This document shows, piece after piece, positions 48,058 to 56,675 of a stretch of 64,000 nucleotides of DNA (position 1 is the first letter of the stretch; every line of letters starts with the position of its first letter). Source of the stretch: a virus. The stretch covers positions 13,885 to 77,884 of the IMG/VR virus record IMGVR_UViG_3300049491_000465. One strand, 5' to 3'. The position numbers and the translations under genes were made by a program. The notes under the pieces were generated by a model. It made no database searches. It was given only the letters and a program-made list of their open reading frames with translations, and was not told where the DNA came from.

Positions 48058-48268
48058 TGAAACTTTTGTTTTTAATTAAATAATCCCAATGCTTCTCGAA
48101 TCTTTCTACTTTTCGATACCTTGGAACAATAAAGAATATGGTTTTTGGTATTTTGATTAATCCCCAAAATATTAATCTTACAAGCTTCAATTCATAAACA
48201 GTTCCGACATCTCTATCGGAACTTTGTATGCTTGAAACTTTATAAGATACTAATTGAATTTTACTCAT
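48020..48268 (-). CDS. Hypothetical protein
   Basis: Tandem ORF. Confidence 0.55.
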   Translation of the reverse strand: MSKIQLVSYKVSSIQSSDRDVGTVYELKLVRLIFWGLIKIPKTIFFIVPRYRKVERFEKHWDYLIKNKSFIDPSTVKNDKIN

Positions 48269-49044
48269 ACAGTAACGATTTTCTTTGCTTTTGTAGCATC
48301 AACACAAAGACTTTCAGCTAATGGACAATTCTTGCAATTGGATTCCATTGGCCGGGTGTAATAACCTTTGCTTTCATGCCGGTTAATTTTTTCGATTGTA
48401 GATCTAATTGCTTCTTGTAGTTCGTACTTCTCCAACGTACCCATCAATTTCTTAATGATTTTGTATTCTGGAGTCGGTTTGTAATCAAACACAAGGTAGT
48501 AGAATGGCACATCCTTTCCATACAGTATCTCATACAGAGTTTTATACATATAAACCTGCGTATGATCCATATTATGAGGAAAATGCCAACAGTAGGGTCC
48601 AAATTGAGAATAAATATTCTCTGTCAGTTTAAGATCAAATATCACATCCGGAAGAGGTCCATCTGTATCATCCCATACTGATCCAGTAAAATCAATTTCA
48701 CCACACATGAAAAGATCCTTCTCAAACTCATGTTCTAAATACAATTGAGTTTTATCAATTTTAATTCTGTGAGCATTAAGGACGTTTGGAAACTCCATTG
48801 CTTGCATATCAATACGCAATTGAGCAGTAGATTTGTTTCCGTTTTTCAATCTCTTCAGATCGGTTATTTTCTTCCCTTTTGCTCCAGAGCCTAAACAGAG
48901 AGTCTCAAAGTAAGCCCCTCTGTTCATAGCTTCTGACGGAATTAAATCGTGAGTCTTATCAATGTAAACTTTTTTGAGCTTCATCGGACAATAATCATCC
49001 GTGTTGAACGCTTTGATTAATGATTGACTGATTTTTAGTACCAT
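48265..49044 (-). CDS. PD-(D/E)xK exonuclease, Cas4/RecE-like, with probable Fe-S Cys ligands
   Basis: ISQS...CP, RG, GEIDF, DLK, QxxxY, and C-terminal CKNCPLAESLC. Confidence 0.75.
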   Translation of the reverse strand: MVLKISQSLIKAFNTDDYCPMKLKKVYIDKTHDLIPSEAMNRGAYFETLCLGSGAKGKKITDLKRLKNGNKSTAQLRIDMQAMEFPNVLNAHRIKIDKTQLYLEHEFEKDLFMCGEIDFTGSVWDDTDGPLPDVIFDLKLTENIYSQFGPYCWHFPHNMDHTQVYMYKTLYEILYGKDVPFYYLVFDYKPTPEYKIIKKLMGTLEKYELQEAIRSTIEKINRHESKGYYTRPMESNCKNCPLAESLCVDATKAKKIVTV

Positions 49045-49567
49045 ATAGATTTGTTTTAGTAGTGTTACAGAATATTGAATTTATTCTCTCAGAAACTTCA
49101 TCTCTCAAATCGTCTCCTCTTAAATAGGAGTCAAGTAGGTTCTGTTTTATCTTGATTACCAATTCTTCAAGCTTATCCATTTCCTGTATCAATTCGTAGA
49201 ATGATTGGTCTTGAAGTTTTTGAAATTGTTCATCACTTTTCTTTGATCGAAACAGAAATTCTCTTCTGATTGGATCGAATAGATTCTTGTAGTTTTTGTA
49301 GTTCTGACTGTACAATTCAATATGCTCAACAAGACCATGTGTAATTGATGAATGGTCTTTATTAACCAAAGTAGCTACATCTATATTGCTTTCTTCGATT
49401 TCATCCATTAACGCATACATCATGTATCTTGAGAATACTACTTCTTGTTTTCTGTTTTTTGAATAGATATCATTCCTGTTTAAGCCTAAATAGCTTGATA
49501 TAATCTCCAAGGCAAGACAGAAATTTAATTTGGTACTATTCTTTATTAAATTTGAATTCTTTCTCAT
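48995..49567 (-). CDS. DnaA domain-IV-like (C-terminal HTH) DNA-binding protein
   Basis: IYSKNRKQEVVFSRYMMYAL...VATLVNKDHSSITHG matches the DnaA C-terminal domain signature (R...DH(S/T)(T/S)(V/I)xH). Confidence 0.75.
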   Translation of the reverse strand: MRKNSNLIKNSTKLNFCLALEIISSYLGLNRNDIYSKNRKQEVVFSRYMMYALMDEIEESNIDVATLVNKDHSSITHGLVEHIELYSQNYKNYKNLFDPIRREFLFRSKKSDEQFQKLQDQSFYELIQEMDKLEELVIKIKQNLLDSYLRGDDLRDEVSERINSIFCNTTKTNLYGTKNQSIINQSVQHG

Positions 49568-49570
49568 AAT

Positions 49571-49858
49571 CTAATCGATGTCGTAATTTGTTTTACCTAG
49601 ATCTTTCAGTATTTCAACTGAGTTAATGTTTGGGTCTGATAATTTATCATAGTTGAGATGAAGCTGTAAACACACCTTTTTTATCACCCTTTCTTTGAAT
49701 TTAACAACCCTTTTCTCTTCGTTGATGATAAGTATTACCTCAACTGCTTTGGTTACAACTGGAACAGGAAACTCAACTTTTCTTCCATTTGGATTTATCT
49801 TGTAAGTTTTCTCGTTGTACTTGATTGATACTTTTGCGAGTTTAATTGATCCTCTCAT
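49571..49858 (-). CDS. Hypothetical protein
   Basis: Tandem basic ORF. Confidence 0.55.
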   Translation of the reverse strand: MRGSIKLAKVSIKYNEKTYKINPNGRKVEFPVPVVTKAVEVILIINEEKRVVKFKERVIKKVCLQLHLNYDKLSDPNINSVEILKDLGKTNYDID

Positions 49859-50087
49859 CGACGTTCTTTACTGAATTCCACAAAATTGATAGTTTTTCAT
49901 AAGGGATTTTGACCACAAGATCTCTTCCACCAAGGAAAATGATGGTACTGGACTCCGGGTTTTCTCCAGGCATTATTCCAGACACATGTTTTAAATCAAA
50001 TTGTATTTCCTCCTCTTGATCGATGCTCTTCCCAAGTAACTCGGTATGGTATTCATCTGTAAAGATTATTGTTGATTTTATTATCAT
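49842..50087 (-). CDS. Hypothetical protein
   Basis: Tandem ORF. Confidence 0.55.
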   Translation of the reverse strand: MIIKSTIIFTDEYHTELLGKSIDQEEEIQFDLKHVSGIMPGENPESSTIIFLGGRDLVVKIPYEKLSILWNSVKNVDERIN

Positions 50088-51109
50088 AATATTTTCTCGT
50101 AAATAAGATTCATGAATTTTTCCTTTTTAAAACCTTTACTGAAGTAGTCGTAGATATCGTTTACAACATCAGGAGATGAAATGTCACCAAGAGAAATATT
50201 ATTGATACCAATCTCTTCTTTGATTTTAGCTGCATTCTTTATTCCGGTAGCATCATTGTCATAACACACTAAAATATTCTTTGCATACTGTAATAGTTCG
50301 ATAAGTAATTCTTTTGAAACACTTGCTGATTCCGAGTTTAATGCGACACCTCTAATACCTGTTGACCCATATAAAGATAAGCAATCTTTCTGCCCTGCAC
50401 AAATGATTACAACATCAACTATACCTACTTTTTTGACATAATTCTTGAGTTGTTTCAATCCGAAAATATCACCTGTTCGTAAGTTTGAAATGAACTTGTA
50501 TTTCTTGTCTTTGACATTAGGACGGTAAAACTTCTTCACACCATTTTCATAATCAAAACAGTAAATTGGATCTTCCGGTGATGACTCCAAAACGAACCAC
50601 TCATCAGAGTCTCTTTTTTTGATCTTCATCTTGAATACTGGCCATACATTGTATTCCAAAAGAATTTTCTCTGTAACATTTCCTTTAGGCCACAATGATT
50701 TGGTGTATGTAGAGAATCCCCAGACTAATCTTGAATAAGGAAATTCTTTTCTTGGATTGATGAATATTTGAGGTATTCTAACATTGAATGTTTTCTCCCA
50801 GATTTTCTTGTCAATTTTTTGACCTGATTCAATACCAAAATCTTGACATACAATTTGTAAAGCTTCCGGAAATGTACATCCAAATAATTCCATGACAAAT
50901 TTAAAGCAGTCCCCTCGTTCATCCCCGAAATCCTTATAATAGATTTTTCCATTAGTAGGACTTTGATATAGGTTGAACGAAGGGTGCTTTTCTTGCCTCA
51001 GAGGTGACACAATTGGTCTTCCAAGTTTAACTTCTTTACCAAGATAATGACTGAAGATCTCAAGCTCTGATACTTGAGATAAGATACTTTCCCTGAGATC
51101 TTTTTTCAT
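50084..51109 (-). CDS. DNA primase (crAss-type: degenerate Zn-binding domain + TOPRIM)
   Basis: SPLRQEKHPSF...YKDFG...GDCF; IICAGQKDCL; VCYDNDATG; DIYDY. Confidence 0.85.
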   Translation of the reverse strand: MKKDLRESILSQVSELEIFSHYLGKEVKLGRPIVSPLRQEKHPSFNLYQSPTNGKIYYKDFGDERGDCFKFVMELFGCTFPEALQIVCQDFGIESGQKIDKKIWEKTFNVRIPQIFINPRKEFPYSRLVWGFSTYTKSLWPKGNVTEKILLEYNVWPVFKMKIKKRDSDEWFVLESSPEDPIYCFDYENGVKKFYRPNVKDKKYKFISNLRTGDIFGLKQLKNYVKKVGIVDVVIICAGQKDCLSLYGSTGIRGVALNSESASVSKELLIELLQYAKNILVCYDNDATGIKNAAKIKEEIGINNISLGDISSPDVVNDIYDYFSKGFKKEKFMNLIYEKIL

Positions 51110-52323
51110 TATTTAAGTTTTGGTGTTATTAAGTTTTTACCATTATACTGAATGTATTTTCTGCCTTTCACCATTTTAGCACATGCTGGTTGTTTAAAAT
51201 AACCATTGCCAGAACTCGGTGAAATACTCATTATAAAAGCATTCTCAGTATAAGTTTCAAATCCATCTTCTCCATCAGTTAAGATGACAGAAGGTCTCCC
51301 ATTCTTTTTGATCTGCTTCATACATCTTTCAATGTCAGTTCCTCCACTTGGTCTTAATTTCCAAATATTCTCAACATCTTTTAAGTGTTGAATACCTCTG
51401 TTGAAAGTGTATAATTCACCAAGACATCCCATATTGTTCATTCTTGATGTTAGAGCAATAGCCATATTCATACGACTTACATTTTTACCATAGATATTCA
51501 TACTACTTGACATAGATCCTGATATATCAATGTATAGATCAAATGCAACCATTTGGCTTTTGTGATCACGAACATTAACATCCATAGCCAGAATTTCATC
51601 GAAAAGATAATGTTGATCGATTAAATCATCTACCACATCAGCCTCGAATAAACTTTCTTCAGTAACGATATGTCTGGTTCCAAACCCACTCTTGAATCCT
51701 TTTATTGAGCGTTTGATTAATCTTCCGACTTCATTCTTATTCAGAATTACATCTTTGATCATATCCATTTTCTCTTCAAGCATTTCAATGTCTGTTGGTC
51801 CTTTTCCAGCAAGATCTCCTCCACCCATGGCTTCTTGGGCATCTTCCTTCTGTTGAATCTCATCAGAGGCTTGTTTTGATGCTTGTTCCATTTTGTCTTG
51901 GATGTTCTGATTGATCTTGTTCATGTCTGGTTGTCCATCGCCATTTCCTTGATCCGGATCACCTTGTCCATTTGGATCATTCGCTTTATCCTTAAAGTTC
52001 TCATCTTTCTCAATCTCTTCTCTTAAAAGATTGATGATGTGCTTTGTAGCGATGAAGCTGTAACCTGGTTTATTGATAGTTACAGATTTCAACAAGTAAT
52101 TGTTAGTATTCTGTAACATCTCATGCCACCAGTACATCATTTCATTGCATTCATACTTGATACCTTCTTGAGGATTGTAATAAGTTTTGAAAACATCCCG
52201 GATCATAAAGTCCGGGACGTTCTTAAAACCATCATCTTTTCTGAAGAAATCAACTATGTCATCTGCCATCCATTTTTCAAGATCTGGTCTTACGATGTCA
52301 ATGTTTGAATTCAGATTATCCAT
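51109..52323 (-). CDS. vWA (MIDAS) domain protein, ViaA-like partner of MoxR ATPase
   Basis: DISGSM, GGTD, LTDG MIDAS residues; adjacent to the MoxR gene. Confidence 0.8.
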   Translation of the reverse strand: MDNLNSNIDIVRPDLEKWMADDIVDFFRKDDGFKNVPDFMIRDVFKTYYNPQEGIKYECNEMMYWWHEMLQNTNNYLLKSVTINKPGYSFIATKHIINLLREEIEKDENFKDKANDPNGQGDPDQGNGDGQPDMNKINQNIQDKMEQASKQASDEIQQKEDAQEAMGGGDLAGKGPTDIEMLEEKMDMIKDVILNKNEVGRLIKRSIKGFKSGFGTRHIVTEESLFEADVVDDLIDQHYLFDEILAMDVNVRDHKSQMVAFDLYIDISGSMSSSMNIYGKNVSRMNMAIALTSRMNNMGCLGELYTFNRGIQHLKDVENIWKLRPSGGTDIERCMKQIKKNGRPSVILTDGEDGFETYTENAFIMSISPSSGNGYFKQPACAKMVKGRKYIQYNGKNLITPKLK

Positions 52324-52325
52324 GA

Positions 52326-53402
52326 TTACACAGTAACAGGTTTGTTAATACCTCCTTGAAGACCTGCGAAGGCTGCTGCTTTTGCTTGAAGATCAGCGAT
52401 CAATGTCTGACAGTTATCAGATTTTGACATTGTATCTTTTAGCATTTCAGTAAGCTCTTTTGCTTTTGATGAATACTGAGGATTTTGACTAAGTTGAGAT
52501 ATTTCATTCTCAATTTTACTCACTGTTTGCAACAACAAATCTCCCTCTGAAATTGAAGGAACATCTTTGATCTTTGTTTTGATCGATACGATTGCCGGAT
52601 CTTCCAATTTAGCTGATAATGCTTGAGCTTTTGAAGGGCAAACAAGTTCGCAAGTCTTCATGATTGCTTCAGCATCTCCTACTCCCCAAATGAATTTCAC
52701 CGCTTTTGCCAAGCGAGGAACAGCAACCATTGTACGATCGGATACATCTTTGTAGATCTCCTTCGCAAAGATTGTCATCATTTGAGAATCAAGTGTTGCA
52801 GCATCAAGATCTGCTGCTTCCGGAATTGTGATTTCAAGTTCGTATGATTTATTCATCCAAACTTTGTTGTACATATCAGAAACTTTCACTCTCTCAACTT
52901 TGTACTTCACAAGGAAACGATCCCAGAATGGAGCATCTTCCTCATCACCATTGATGATGTTACATGATCCAGCAAACAAATCCCATTTACATTGACGGAT
53001 TTCATTACCAAGGAACAAAGCTCTTTCTCTCATTACTGAAAGCATTGTGTTTCTAACTGCTGATGAACCTTTGTCCACCTCATTGATCAATACATACTTT
53101 GCTTCTGCTATTGGAGCGTCGATGGTGTACTTCTTGTGAACCAATAGATTCTCCATGTTTACACGGCCTTTGATCTCTGAAGACTTAGTGCCTTCATCAA
53201 GTTCCAATACGAAGCATTGTTTACGAGCGGTTTCACGGTCATAATTTGACATTGCGGCTGCATAGTCCATTAATGTTTGAGTCTTGGCAACGCCAGGTTC
53301 TCCAACAAATAAAATAGGTGTTTTTGTAGCTTCACCTAAAGCGATTACTCTGAAAAGTTCTTCTTTTCCAACAAGTCTTGTTTTAATTGTTCTTTGAAAC
53401 AT
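52326..53402 (-). CDS. MoxR/RavA-like AAA+ ATPase
   Basis: LVGKEE, GEPGVAKT (Walker A), LINEVDK (Walker B variant), N..L, DRF, SDRT. Confidence 0.85.
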   Translation of the reverse strand: MFQRTIKTRLVGKEELFRVIALGEATKTPILFVGEPGVAKTQTLMDYAAAMSNYDRETARKQCFVLELDEGTKSSEIKGRVNMENLLVHKKYTIDAPIAEAKYVLINEVDKGSSAVRNTMLSVMRERALFLGNEIRQCKWDLFAGSCNIINGDEEDAPFWDRFLVKYKVERVKVSDMYNKVWMNKSYELEITIPEAADLDAATLDSQMMTIFAKEIYKDVSDRTMVAVPRLAKAVKFIWGVGDAEAIMKTCELVCPSKAQALSAKLEDPAIVSIKTKIKDVPSISEGDLLLQTVSKIENEISQLSQNPQYSSKAKELTEMLKDTMSKSDNCQTLIADLQAKAAAFAGLQGGINKPVTV

Positions 53403-53450
53403 AATTCTAAAAATTAAAAGATTGATAATTGTGTGTTAAACTGAGGCAAT

Positions 53451-53498
53451 AAAAAATCGGGTCACAAATACAGAGCATTTCCGTATCTGCAACCCAAT
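53451..53498 (-). terminator. Long G-U-rich RNA hairpin followed by a U-tract
   Basis: - strand ATTGGGTTGCAGATACGGA-AATGC-TCTGTATTTGTGACCCGAT-TTTTT: 19-bp stem with 5 G-U pairs. Confidence 0.7.
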
Positions 53499-53539
53499 AA
53501 AAAACACTTACTCTTGTGTTTTTATGTTCTTAATTCAAA

Positions 53540-54691
53540 TTAAAAAGGAAAATCGTCGTCCGGTGCTGCTTGTGTTGGAGCAGATTCCTGAACTGGTTGT
53601 GGAGCTTCAGCTTCATCCATTGGAATTCCTTGTTGATCTTCTTGGCTCCAATCAAAAGAAGCAGCAGATTCCATTTCAGGTTCCGGTTGAGCTTTAACCT
53701 CCTCAATTTTCTTTGGAGCTGTTGCGGCTTTAGCTGGTGATGGAGGCGGAGCAACTGCTCCTGCATTACCCTGAGTTTCCATGATCGGATTGATCTTTGG
53801 CGTGTCCTGAACCACTCTCTCTTTTGGAATGTAAGGACCACCATTGATTTCAGCAAATCGAATCAATTTCTCCTTGTCTTCTTGTGAAAGATCTGTGATT
53901 GCTTTCTCCATGTCCATATAGAATTCATCGAATTCAGACATCATTCCGGCATACCAGAAATCAGGACGGATTACTTCCATCACGATATCTTTACCGTCTT
54001 TCTCAAAGGCATAAGCTTGTTTTCTACCTTTCACTGCAACTGTAAGCTGCTTACCTTTGAATTTCAACAACTGATCAATAAGATCCTTTTCTGTGTTGCA
54101 TGGTTGAATTGCATACCCAAATCCACGGTGAAATAATTTCACCAATTGCTCTCTTGAAATGTCGGTATTAGGACCGGCAATTTTCATGTAGCCTTTGATT
54201 GATCGATGCTCATCATCTTTTGTGAATTCAACTACCACCATTGGGTTTCCATCACTTTTCGCATGCTCCAGTTTGACATCACTTAATATCATGATGTACT
54301 TCCCTGGTTCAAGGAATTTCTTGTTTTCGAAGTTTCCTCCATTTGCCTTGGCATCTTCAGATTCTTTGATAATCTTGCCTAACTCTTGAGATCCAAATAA
54401 CATATTTGTTTGGTTTTGATTGTTACTAAATAAAGTTGTTTTGGTCAAATCTTTGATCGGAACATAATGAACTCTGATTCCGGGACCTACTTTTCCTTGT
54501 GGATATGTTCTTATTTTATCCACATTCATAAAGTATTCTCCAGGGAAAACTTGTTCACCAGTTGCCTTTCGCTTGTAAGATATGGTGACTTTGACATTTT
54601 GACCAGGTGGAACGTCATCCACTGCCAAGCCTACTGATCGATCTTTCCAGATTGGTTCTGCTATGTCGATTTCTTTAGCAAATAGATCCAT
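53540..54691 (-). CDS. SSB-like (DUF669-type OB fold) protein with acidic DDDFPF tail; probable internal start at 54403
   Basis: LEPGKY...V..V....SDGNPMVVVEF pattern, C-terminal PDDDFPF, next to a Sak4-like ATPase. Confidence 0.7.
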   Translation of the reverse strand: MDLFAKEIDIAEPIWKDRSVGLAVDDVPPGQNVKVTISYKRKATGEQVFPGEYFMNVDKIRTYPQGKVGPGIRVHYVPIKDLTKTTLFSNNQNQTNMLFGSQELGKIIKESEDAKANGGNFENKKFLEPGKYIMILSDVKLEHAKSDGNPMVVVEFTKDDEHRSIKGYMKIAGPNTDISREQLVKLFHRGFGYAIQPCNTEKDLIDQLLKFKGKQLTVAVKGRKQAYAFEKDGKDIVMEVIRPDFWYAGMMSEFDEFYMDMEKAITDLSQEDKEKLIRFAEINGGPYIPKERVVQDTPKINPIMETQGNAGAVAPPPSPAKAATAPKKIEEVKAQPEPEMESAASFDWSQEDQQGIPMDEAEAPQPVQESAPTQAAPDDDFPF

Positions 54692-54833
54692 CTTTTTTTT
54701 TCTTACGTTTTTCGAATTCGCTCTTACTAATACTTAAAAGTTTTGAACCATATCGGAGAACGAAATACTTTCCGTCCTCCTCATAATGGTATTCGCCTCG
54801 ATAACGAAATGAATTTGAATGACTCTTACCCAT
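54675..54833 (-). CDS. Small hypothetical protein (52 aa, not in ORF track)
   Basis: MGKSHSNSFRYRGEYHYEEDGKYFVLRYGSKLLSISKSEFEKRKKKKDGSIC; overlaps both neighbours. Confidence 0.45.
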   Translation of the reverse strand: MGKSHSNSFRYRGEYHYEEDGKYFVLRYGSKLLSISKSEFEKRKKKKDGSIC

Positions 54834-55476
54834 CGTACTCTTTGATTTTCTTTAGAATATCAGCAAGATCATTATCGATCAAATCGTTCTCAAACATTCC
54901 GAAAGGAGCTTTAGCCGGAACAACACCATCAGTTTGGGTTCTGAACATATAATGAGGTTTTTTATTCTCATCAATGATTAATTCAGCATGGAAAACAATG
55001 TCGAATTCTTTTTCAACAGCACCTTTCCATTCATTACCTTTTACTTTGGCTGTAACAAATACATCACCTGTAAGTTCATTTGTGGTAATGTCATCGTGAC
55101 TGATAACGATAATGTATTTACCTGCGTCGTTGAACTTTCTCACTCTTTCGAATAGCATGTAAAGCTTTTCGTTGTAGTAAGTGAATACGTCCCAACCTTT
55201 CTTTAATACTCGTGCCTCCGCAAGTAGCATATCCAGGAATGCACTCAGAGATTCTATTACGATGATTTGAGTGTTTGGATCCACCAATGCATCGTCTAAA
55301 TGCTTGAATGTTGCCTGCAAACTCGTTGGTCTGAATTCCCTGAAAGCATTTGCTCCTTTGAATGGAAGCTTCTTTCTTTCGTGATTCATAATCAGTGTGT
55401 ACTTCACTGGTAGATTCCTGAGCGAATAGCTCTTTCCACGCCCGGATGGGCCCTCGATCATGATAGTTCTTGCCAT
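54826..55476 (-). CDS. Sak4-like / AAA_24 P-loop ATPase (single-strand annealing recombinase)
   Basis: IMIEGPSGRGKS, IIVIES, ISH, VEKEFDIV, AKAPFGMF...IDNDL. Confidence 0.75.
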   Translation of the reverse strand: MARTIMIEGPSGRGKSYSLRNLPVKYTLIMNHERKKLPFKGANAFREFRPTSLQATFKHLDDALVDPNTQIIVIESLSAFLDMLLAEARVLKKGWDVFTYYNEKLYMLFERVRKFNDAGKYIIVISHDDITTNELTGDVFVTAKVKGNEWKGAVEKEFDIVFHAELIIDENKKPHYMFRTQTDGVVPAKAPFGMFENDLIDNDLADILKKIKEYDG

Positions 55477-55478
55477 CT

Positions 55479-55742
55479 TTACTCTTCGTTTTTATTTGTC
55501 CCTTCAGGACGGTTATTACTCTTTCCTTCACTTGTTTTTAATTTTCTCAGATAATTGGAATAAGATTTTTTATTGAAATAAATGCTTCCAAAATGCTGGA
55601 GCTGTATATCTTCTCCTTTACGGATCATTTGACATACATTCTTCATTGCATACATGATAATTTCCCTCGCTTGTTTCTTGGTTATACCATGTTCTTTAGC
55701 AATAGCTTTTGTATAATCATCTACTCTCTTCTTATTATACAT
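55479..55742 (-). CDS. HU/IHF-like DNA-binding protein
   Basis: IAKEHGITKKQAREII...GEDIQLQHFGSI. Confidence 0.75.
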   Translation of the reverse strand: MYNKKRVDDYTKAIAKEHGITKKQAREIIMYAMKNVCQMIRKGEDIQLQHFGSIYFNKKSYSNYLRKLKTSEGKSNNRPEGTNKNEE

Positions 55743-56148
55743 TTATCTGAATTGATTTAACAATGTGTCCTTCTAAATGCTGAATAACTTTGTTAGACAA
55801 TACCTTGTCTTGCAAACCTTCTTCAATCATATAGATTAGTCTGTTTTTTGATTCAACATTACCGTAATGAGCATTTCTGTAAACCATCATGAATAATCCA
55901 TTGTCTGATTCTCTTTTAAAGCCTTTCAGCCTGAAGATTATCACTATGTCTTTACATTCATAAGGGCAATCATAGAACATTGCTATACCGGTATTCTCAG
56001 GTGTTTCATCAAAAGATTTAAGAGCTTCCCTGCCTTTTGTATCAATTAAATAATCCAATATTACTTCATCGTTATTGACTCCATATATGTTTGGAAAATT
56101 ATCTTGAACCATGGCATGCTCATCAAGCAGTTTAGTCAAATTTACCAT
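55735..56148 (-). CDS. Hypothetical protein
   Basis: ATG at 56148 chosen to minimise overlap with the upstream gene. Confidence 0.55.
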   Translation of the reverse strand: MVNLTKLLDEHAMVQDNFPNIYGVNNDEVILDYLIDTKGREALKSFDETPENTGIAMFYDCPYECKDIVIIFRLKGFKRESDNGLFMMVYRNAHYGNVESKNRLIYMIEEGLQDKVLSNKVIQHLEGHIVKSIQINV

Positions 56149-56359
56149 AGATCTGTCCTTTATCAATTTTTGATACTCTTTGAAAAATGTCAAAAGCAAG
56201 ATTTGGATTTTCTGCTTTAACAGAATCAGCATAAGCTAAAGCTGCTATTCTTGCATGAGGGTCTGTATCCAGTCTTAATACAAAGTAATCAGCATCAGAA
56301 TCAGTTATGGAACCATCGTTCTTTACGACGGTGTATTTGTCATACAATCCTTTACTCAT
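56132..56359 (-). CDS. Conserved small phage protein
   Basis: GLYDKY...YFVLRLDTDPHARIAALAYA pattern. Confidence 0.65.
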   Translation of the reverse strand: MSKGLYDKYTVVKNDGSITDSDADYFVLRLDTDPHARIAALAYADSVKAENPNLAFDIFQRVSKIDKGQIYGKFD

Positions 56360-56675
56360 CAGATGGAAGAAATTCTATGCATTCATCAAGACTGACATCG
56401 ATTTTCATTCCGTAGTTTAAATCGAACATCATAACTGGATGATTTCTTAGTATTCCACGAACATTCTTTTCATCAATGATTTCTGTTACTTGTATCCACA
56501 TCGATTCTGTGTCACCACTTGGATCTATGAATCTATGCTTTACGAATACACCTGGTTTGATTTTGTGTTCAGACTTTCTGAACTTATCCTTCATTTCTTG
56601 AATGCAGCCGGAACATACCATGCCTACATTCCCTTTCTCTTGTTTAGGGTACATAACTTGCTGTGAAATCTTCAA
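56352..56675 (-). CDS. DUF2314/YegJ-like protein
   Basis: ESMWIQV...GILRNHP...I.V motif; start may be 56654. Confidence 0.55.
   Translation of the reverse strand: MKISQQVMYPKQEKGNVGMVCSGCIQEMKDKFRKSEHKIKPGVFVKHRFIDPSGDTESMWIQVTEIIDEKNVRGILRNHPVMMFDLNYGMKIDVSLDECIEFLPSDE

Noticed and set aside
48265-49044. Cas4-like gene as evidence of a CRISPR-Cas system
   Set aside because: No repeat-spacer array or other cas genes seen; stand-alone Cas4-like nucleases are common in phage recombination modules
53530-55531. Same-strand overlapping ORFs 53530-53856 and 55118-55531
   Set aside because: They overlap the better supported SSB-like and Sak4-like genes in another frame and show no motifs
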